Shown piece by piece: positions 16,509 through 20,000 of a stretch of 20,000 nucleotides of DNA. Numbering within the stretch: position 1 is the first letter of the stretch; each line of letters opens with the position of its first letter. Source of the stretch: an uncultured virus (IMG/VR IMGVR_UViG_3300006925_002811). Lineage: Duplodnaviria; Heunggongvirae; Uroviricota; Caudoviricetes. Both the position numbers and the translations under genes were made by a program. The DNA lies in the IMG/VR virus record IMGVR_UViG_3300006925_002811; one strand, written 5' to 3'. The notes below the pieces were generated by a model. The model was not told where the DNA came from. It worked only from the letters and a program-made list of their open reading frames with translations, and ran no database searches.

Positions 16509-17282
16509 TTACCTTTTCTTTCCAGTATACTTTTTGTTTGTCGGTTGCCCTTCATCTGTAGGCAGAGGCATTGCCCAGAAGCCAATTTTACGTTTAACTT
16601 CTTCTTCGGATTCCTTGATTAAAAGATTATAGATTTGTTTTTCTGTGAGGTCCTCTTTGTTCAACTCACTCTGTGACATAAGTCTTGCGGCTTCATGTAA
16701 GTCTTTTGTAGATGCTGATTCAATTACCTGAGGCGGCTGATCTACGAACTCTGTTACTGGTACTTCTACTATAACTTCCTTTTCGACTATCTTAACTTCA
16801 GGCTTACGTTTTTTTAGTTTTTGTATTTCTGCTGACAAAACTAAATTCTGTTGTTTAAGTTTTGCATCCTCTGGGTTTACAACTTCTACTACTCGCTCTG
16901 GTCCAGGGACTTCCACTCTCCTTTCTGGTCCGGGGACCTCAACATTAACGATTCGCTCTGGTCCTGGGACTTCCTTTTCGACAGTGACCACTGTCTCCTT
17001 TTCGACCTCGACTGGGACTTTAACTTCGACAATCTTCTCGACGATCTGTTCAACTTCAATCTCCTTAGTAACTATTACTTCTTTAATAACTTCAACTGGG
17101 ACTTCTACTTCTACTTCTACTATCTTTTCTACTTCTCTATCTACTATAACTTCTTTTGGTTTTTTGTCAAGTTCTTTTTTTAATGATTCTATGTTATCCA
17201 ACGCATCAACAAGCATCTCCATTGTGTGTTGATATTTTGCATAAAGTTCGTCGAACTTATCTTTAACTTCTTGTTCCGTCAT
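16509..17282 (-). CDS. Glu/Val/Lys/Pro-rich repeat protein (alveolin/articulin-like repeats)
   Basis: EKIVEVEVEVPVEV-type repeats and three EVPGPER-x-V units between predicted coiled coils. Confidence 0.75.
   Translation of the reverse strand: MTEQEVKDKFDELYAKYQHTMEMLVDALDNIESLKKELDKKPKEVIVDREVEKIVEVEVEVPVEVIKEVIVTKEIEVEQIVEKIVEVKVPVEVEKETVVTVEKEVPGPERIVNVEVPGPERRVEVPGPERVVEVVNPEDAKLKQQNLVLSAEIQKLKKRKPEVKIVEKEVIVEVPVTEFVDQPPQVIESASTKDLHEAARLMSQSELNKEDLTEKQIYNLLIKESEEEVKRKIGFWAMPLPTDEGQPTNKKYTGKKR
16885..16975 (-). repeat. Intragenic imperfect tandem repeat encoding EVPGPER-x-V three times
   Basis: TCTGGTCC-N-GGGAC recurs three times on the + strand at 27- and 33-nt spacing, in frame. Confidence 0.85.
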
Positions 17283-18621
17283 CGTCTAATTTCTTCTTAA
17301 GTTTTTTTTCAAGAGCCTTTACTGCTCTAGGAGTTTTAATAGCATTCATATCAATTTCTTTTTCAACTTCCTTTTCTATTATAACTTCTTTTTCTACTAT
17401 AACTTCCTTGACTTCGGGAACATCTGGCATATTGTCGCCATATATTTTTCTAGATTGAGTTTCAAAATCATCATCGTCGAGTATCTCATCTACAAAATGA
17501 GGATCTGGTCCTGTTTTTTCTAAGTTGATTCCGTAACGTAACAACGTCTGGTTGGCCGCAATAAGTAACATAACTGCTAATGGATCAAATACTACAACAA
17601 GTAATATTATAAACAAACGTATTGCTTGTCCTAATACTTCTTCCCCGCTTTCACCATATATAAGTTCGGCAACATATTTGATTGGTCCAACTTCCTTCTC
17701 TATGTTTCTAACAACACTTTCTGCTTCAAACTTCTCATCTTTGATTACTACAATGTTTGCATATATTGTATCTATTTGATTATTGTAATCATCTATTTTT
17801 ACAAGTATCTCATCTTGATCTGTGCTACTGTTTTCTCTAAGCCTGTTAATCTCTGCATTAGCATTGTTTATGTCTGCCTGTGCTTGTTCTCTATACTTGT
17901 CTATGTTTGCTTGTTGCTTGTCAATATCTTCTTTGATATCTGCACGTTGTTGTGATTGCTGTTCAAATAGTTCATTTGCCTGTGCAACATAATCGATGGT
18001 TTCTGTTTCGGCACGTCTGAACGTTCCACCTGCATCAGTTTCTATAACTTCAACACCTTTGTTTCTTAAATCGTTTACTGCTTTATCTAATACTGCTAGT
18101 TGGTCTCTGAGCCTATCTATTTGTCCTTGTGCGTAATCAATATCGCCTTGTACTCTTTCCCATGCGCCATCTCTTATAGATACTTGTTGCTGTATACTTG
18201 AACTAACATCTAATCCGCCACCAGTTTGTAAACTAGTAATACGGTCTTCTAGTATGTCTATCTTATTTTCTTCTCTTAGTATTTGTCCATCAATTCTTTC
18301 TACTACAGCAAATGCATCTGCACTACTGCCAGATACTTCCTGGTGTGCTTTACTGAGATAGCCAAATATACCTATGCTTGTAATAAGCATTAAAAATAGT
18401 ACTGCCGTAGACAAATACATCTTAACCAGTAATGAAGTTTCTTTCCAATACCTATATAGCCAACTTACTGTTACTAATTTGCCAACTTCAAGTGTACCGG
18501 CCATAACAGCAATACTCATAGCCGCTCCTTGGAAGAACGTCATAAGACCTACTATACTGAACCATGCGGCTACACCGGCAATAGCCAAGGCTGTAAATAA
18601 TGTTAATAATCCGAATAGCAT
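17263..18621 (-). CDS. Multi-TM membrane protein with a long central coiled coil
   Basis: Three N-terminal hydrophobic helices (LEVGKLV, SIGIFGYLSKAH), long heptad-rich region, EVGPIKYVA, further TM with VFDPLAV, C-terminal EVKEVIVEKE repeats. Start revised to 18621 because ATAAATA lies at 18627-18633 and the longer ORF would overlap the divergent gene. Confidence 0.8.
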   Translation of the reverse strand: MLFGLLTLFTALAIAGVAAWFSIVGLMTFFQGAAMSIAVMAGTLEVGKLVTVSWLYRYWKETSLLVKMYLSTAVLFLMLITSIGIFGYLSKAHQEVSGSSADAFAVVERIDGQILREENKIDILEDRITSLQTGGGLDVSSSIQQQVSIRDGAWERVQGDIDYAQGQIDRLRDQLAVLDKAVNDLRNKGVEVIETDAGGTFRRAETETIDYVAQANELFEQQSQQRADIKEDIDKQQANIDKYREQAQADINNANAEINRLRENSSTDQDEILVKIDDYNNQIDTIYANIVVIKDEKFEAESVVRNIEKEVGPIKYVAELIYGESGEEVLGQAIRLFIILLVVVFDPLAVMLLIAANQTLLRYGINLEKTGPDPHFVDEILDDDDFETQSRKIYGDNMPDVPEVKEVIVEKEVIIEKEVEKEIDMNAIKTPRAVKALEKKLKKKLDDDGTRS

Positions 18622-18689
18622 ATACATATTTATCCTATATTGATGCCAGTAGTCAAGAATTCTAGTATATGTTAATGCTAAATATAGGC

Positions 18690-19871
18690 ATGATACACTT
18701 AGAAAAGATATCAACAGCAAGATCAGAAACATACAACACTTTGGAATATGCTTTCAGTGATGCAATGGATCACCCAGGTTTGATAGGTATTTTCTATAAC
18801 AATCCAGAATTTGGCAATGTTATAAAAAGACAATGCAAAGAAAGAGGACTAGCATTTGGTGAAAGGTTTGGTGCAAAAGGTATATCAGTAGATGCGTTAA
18901 TGCAAGTTACAGAACCACTAGACAACTTTTGGTTTGAAATTTGTGCAAGTGACTTCATGGAGTTATCTGCTAAAATTAGAGAAACACTGATAAGTGTTTA
19001 TAACATCATTGTGTATGATTATATAGACGGCGGGTACCATGTAGAACATTTTTTACCTAAAGTATTAATAAATGATAACAGAATATTAAATGCCAGTGGC
19101 GCATTTGATGAGTTTGGTAACGAAACAATGTGTATGCACATATTTCCATTGATTACATATATGGAGGCTGTGCGAACAGGAAACATAGTACCAGAAAGTA
19201 TCATAGACAACAAAAAAATTAAGAGATGTTTATTTCCAAATCATAAACCTAGGCCTGGTAGACTTGCAACATTGGCTAGACTTGCTCAACTAGAATTACT
19301 AGACCACAACGTAGATTGGAGTTTAACTGTTAACTTTGATGAAGATGGTAAGTTGGGTGATTACTTTAAAAGTCCTAACGTTGGGTTGGGCAGATATGGA
19401 CATTCACTTGTACAATCCGAACTTGTAGAAAAGTTTGTTAGATCATACAGACATGAGTTGCCTAAGGTATTGCCTAATAGCACAATAGAATTATTTAAAG
19501 ACTGCATTCCTCTAAACAAAAGATACGCAGGAAACTACACTTGGAAAATTGCGTGTGAAACTTATCCTCACATAAAATTTAACACTGAAAAAACATTTAA
19601 AGGAATGATGGCAGGAATGCCTGTACTCACAATAGGTCCTGCAGGACTAAACAATGCATTAACTGATGTAGGTTTTATAATGGAGTACACAGAATTGTAT
19701 GACAATTTAGAATTTGGTCCAGAGCGTATAGAAGCAGTTATAGATGTTATGGTTTCAAAGGAACCTAATTTAGAAATTGTTAGACATAACTATAAATTAT
19801 CACATGACGTAGAGTTTCTAGCAAGTTTAGTCACTAAACCCCTCACAGAGAGGCTAGTAACTAAAAACTAA
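18690..19871 (+). CDS. Hypothetical protein, possibly glycosyltransferase-like
   Basis: ORF with C-terminal IACETY...FNTEKTFKGMMAGMPVLTIG, resembling the E-x-x...TEK...P motif of GT10-like folds; start revised to 18690, 5 nt after TAAATA (18679-18684). Confidence 0.55.
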   Translation: MIHLEKISTARSETYNTLEYAFSDAMDHPGLIGIFYNNPEFGNVIKRQCKERGLAFGERFGAKGISVDALMQVTEPLDNFWFEICASDFMELSAKIRETLISVYNIIVYDYIDGGYHVEHFLPKVLINDNRILNASGAFDEFGNETMCMHIFPLITYMEAVRTGNIVPESIIDNKKIKRCLFPNHKPRPGRLATLARLAQLELLDHNVDWSLTVNFDEDGKLGDYFKSPNVGLGRYGHSLVQSELVEKFVRSYRHELPKVLPNSTIELFKDCIPLNKRYAGNYTWKIACETYPHIKFNTEKTFKGMMAGMPVLTIGPAGLNNALTDVGFIMEYTELYDNLEFGPERIEAVIDVMVSKEPNLEIVRHNYKLSHDVEFLASLVTKPLTERLVTKN

Positions 19872-19876
19872 AGTCT

Positions 19877-19892
19877 CCCTTACGTCTAAGGG
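19877..19892. terminator. Stem-loop at the convergence of the last CDS and the tRNA transcript
   Basis: CCCTTA-CGTC-TAAGGG, extendable by AAGT/ACTT; T-rich sequence follows on the - strand. Confidence 0.55.
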
Positions 19893-19979
19893 AAAACTTC
19901 ATATTCGACACTTTTTCTCATAGTCATTGTATTGACAGCATTCGTTCGTCAACTAGGCCACTGTCGGGACCTATGTAAC

Positions 19980-20000
19980 TGGCGGAGAGTGAGAGATTCG
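19980..20000 (-). tRNA. 3' end of a tRNA, most likely tRNA-Ser (anticodon outside the window)
   Basis: - strand reads CGAATCTCTC-ACTCTCC-G-CCA: end of T loop, T stem, acceptor 3' strand (implies 5' GGAGAGT), G discriminator and encoded CCA. Confidence 0.85.

Noticed and set aside
16885..16975. Three spaced direct repeats resembling a mini-CRISPR
   Set aside because: In-frame coding repeats (EVPGPER) with third-position variation inside a CDS; spacing of 27-33 nt is too short for repeat plus spacer
18622..18732. N-terminal extensions of the two divergent ORFs given in the track (starts 18732 and 18669)
   Set aside because: They would overlap head-to-head; late promoter cores at 18627-18633 and 18679-18684 point to starts at 18621 and 18690
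328..19213. Remaining short ORFs antisense or out of frame to recognised genes (e.g. 2653-3042, 6572-6895, 11421-11792, 12944-13369, 14556-14927)
   Set aside because: Fully overlap well-supported genes and have no motifs or RBS; typical shadow ORFs
1..20000. Stop-codon reassignment as seen in some jumbo phages
   Set aside because: Conserved genes are full length in code 11; TAG (clpS, GNAT) and TGA (cytidylyltransferase-cupin) act as true stops

Overview
AT-rich, densely coding segment that looks like a large T4-like (jumbo) phage genome using the standard genetic code. Host-derived genes (IscS, IscU, ClpS, ClpX) look proteobacterial. The + strand starts with two probable virion structural genes (a PKD-repeat protein truncated by the window edge and a 356-aa partner). 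A long - strand block then holds an unusually rich host-maintenance module: membrane/coiled-coil and alveolin-like-repeat proteins, clpX, ribosomal protein bS21, a cytidylyltransferase-cupin fusion, cytochrome c, a ferritin-like protein, iscS, iscU, many small membrane proteins, hsp20, clpS, a divergent SufS-type desulfurase and a peroxiredoxin. The 3' end of a tRNA-Ser sits at the right edge. The standout is a ~490-nt ORF-free, highly structured region (~8015-8500, - strand) directly behind a T4-type late promoter and directly upstream of hsp20. Its hairpins and motif order resemble, from memory, the large ornate ROOL ncRNA, here in an unexpected phage and gene context. Other highlights: a ROSE-like thermometer on hsp20, five late promoters placed to give leaderless mRNAs in a phage that carries its own bS21, a promoter embedded in an RBS-sequestering hairpin, and motif-level divergences in ClpX (no RKH loop), IscU (LPALK) and the SufS-like enzyme.
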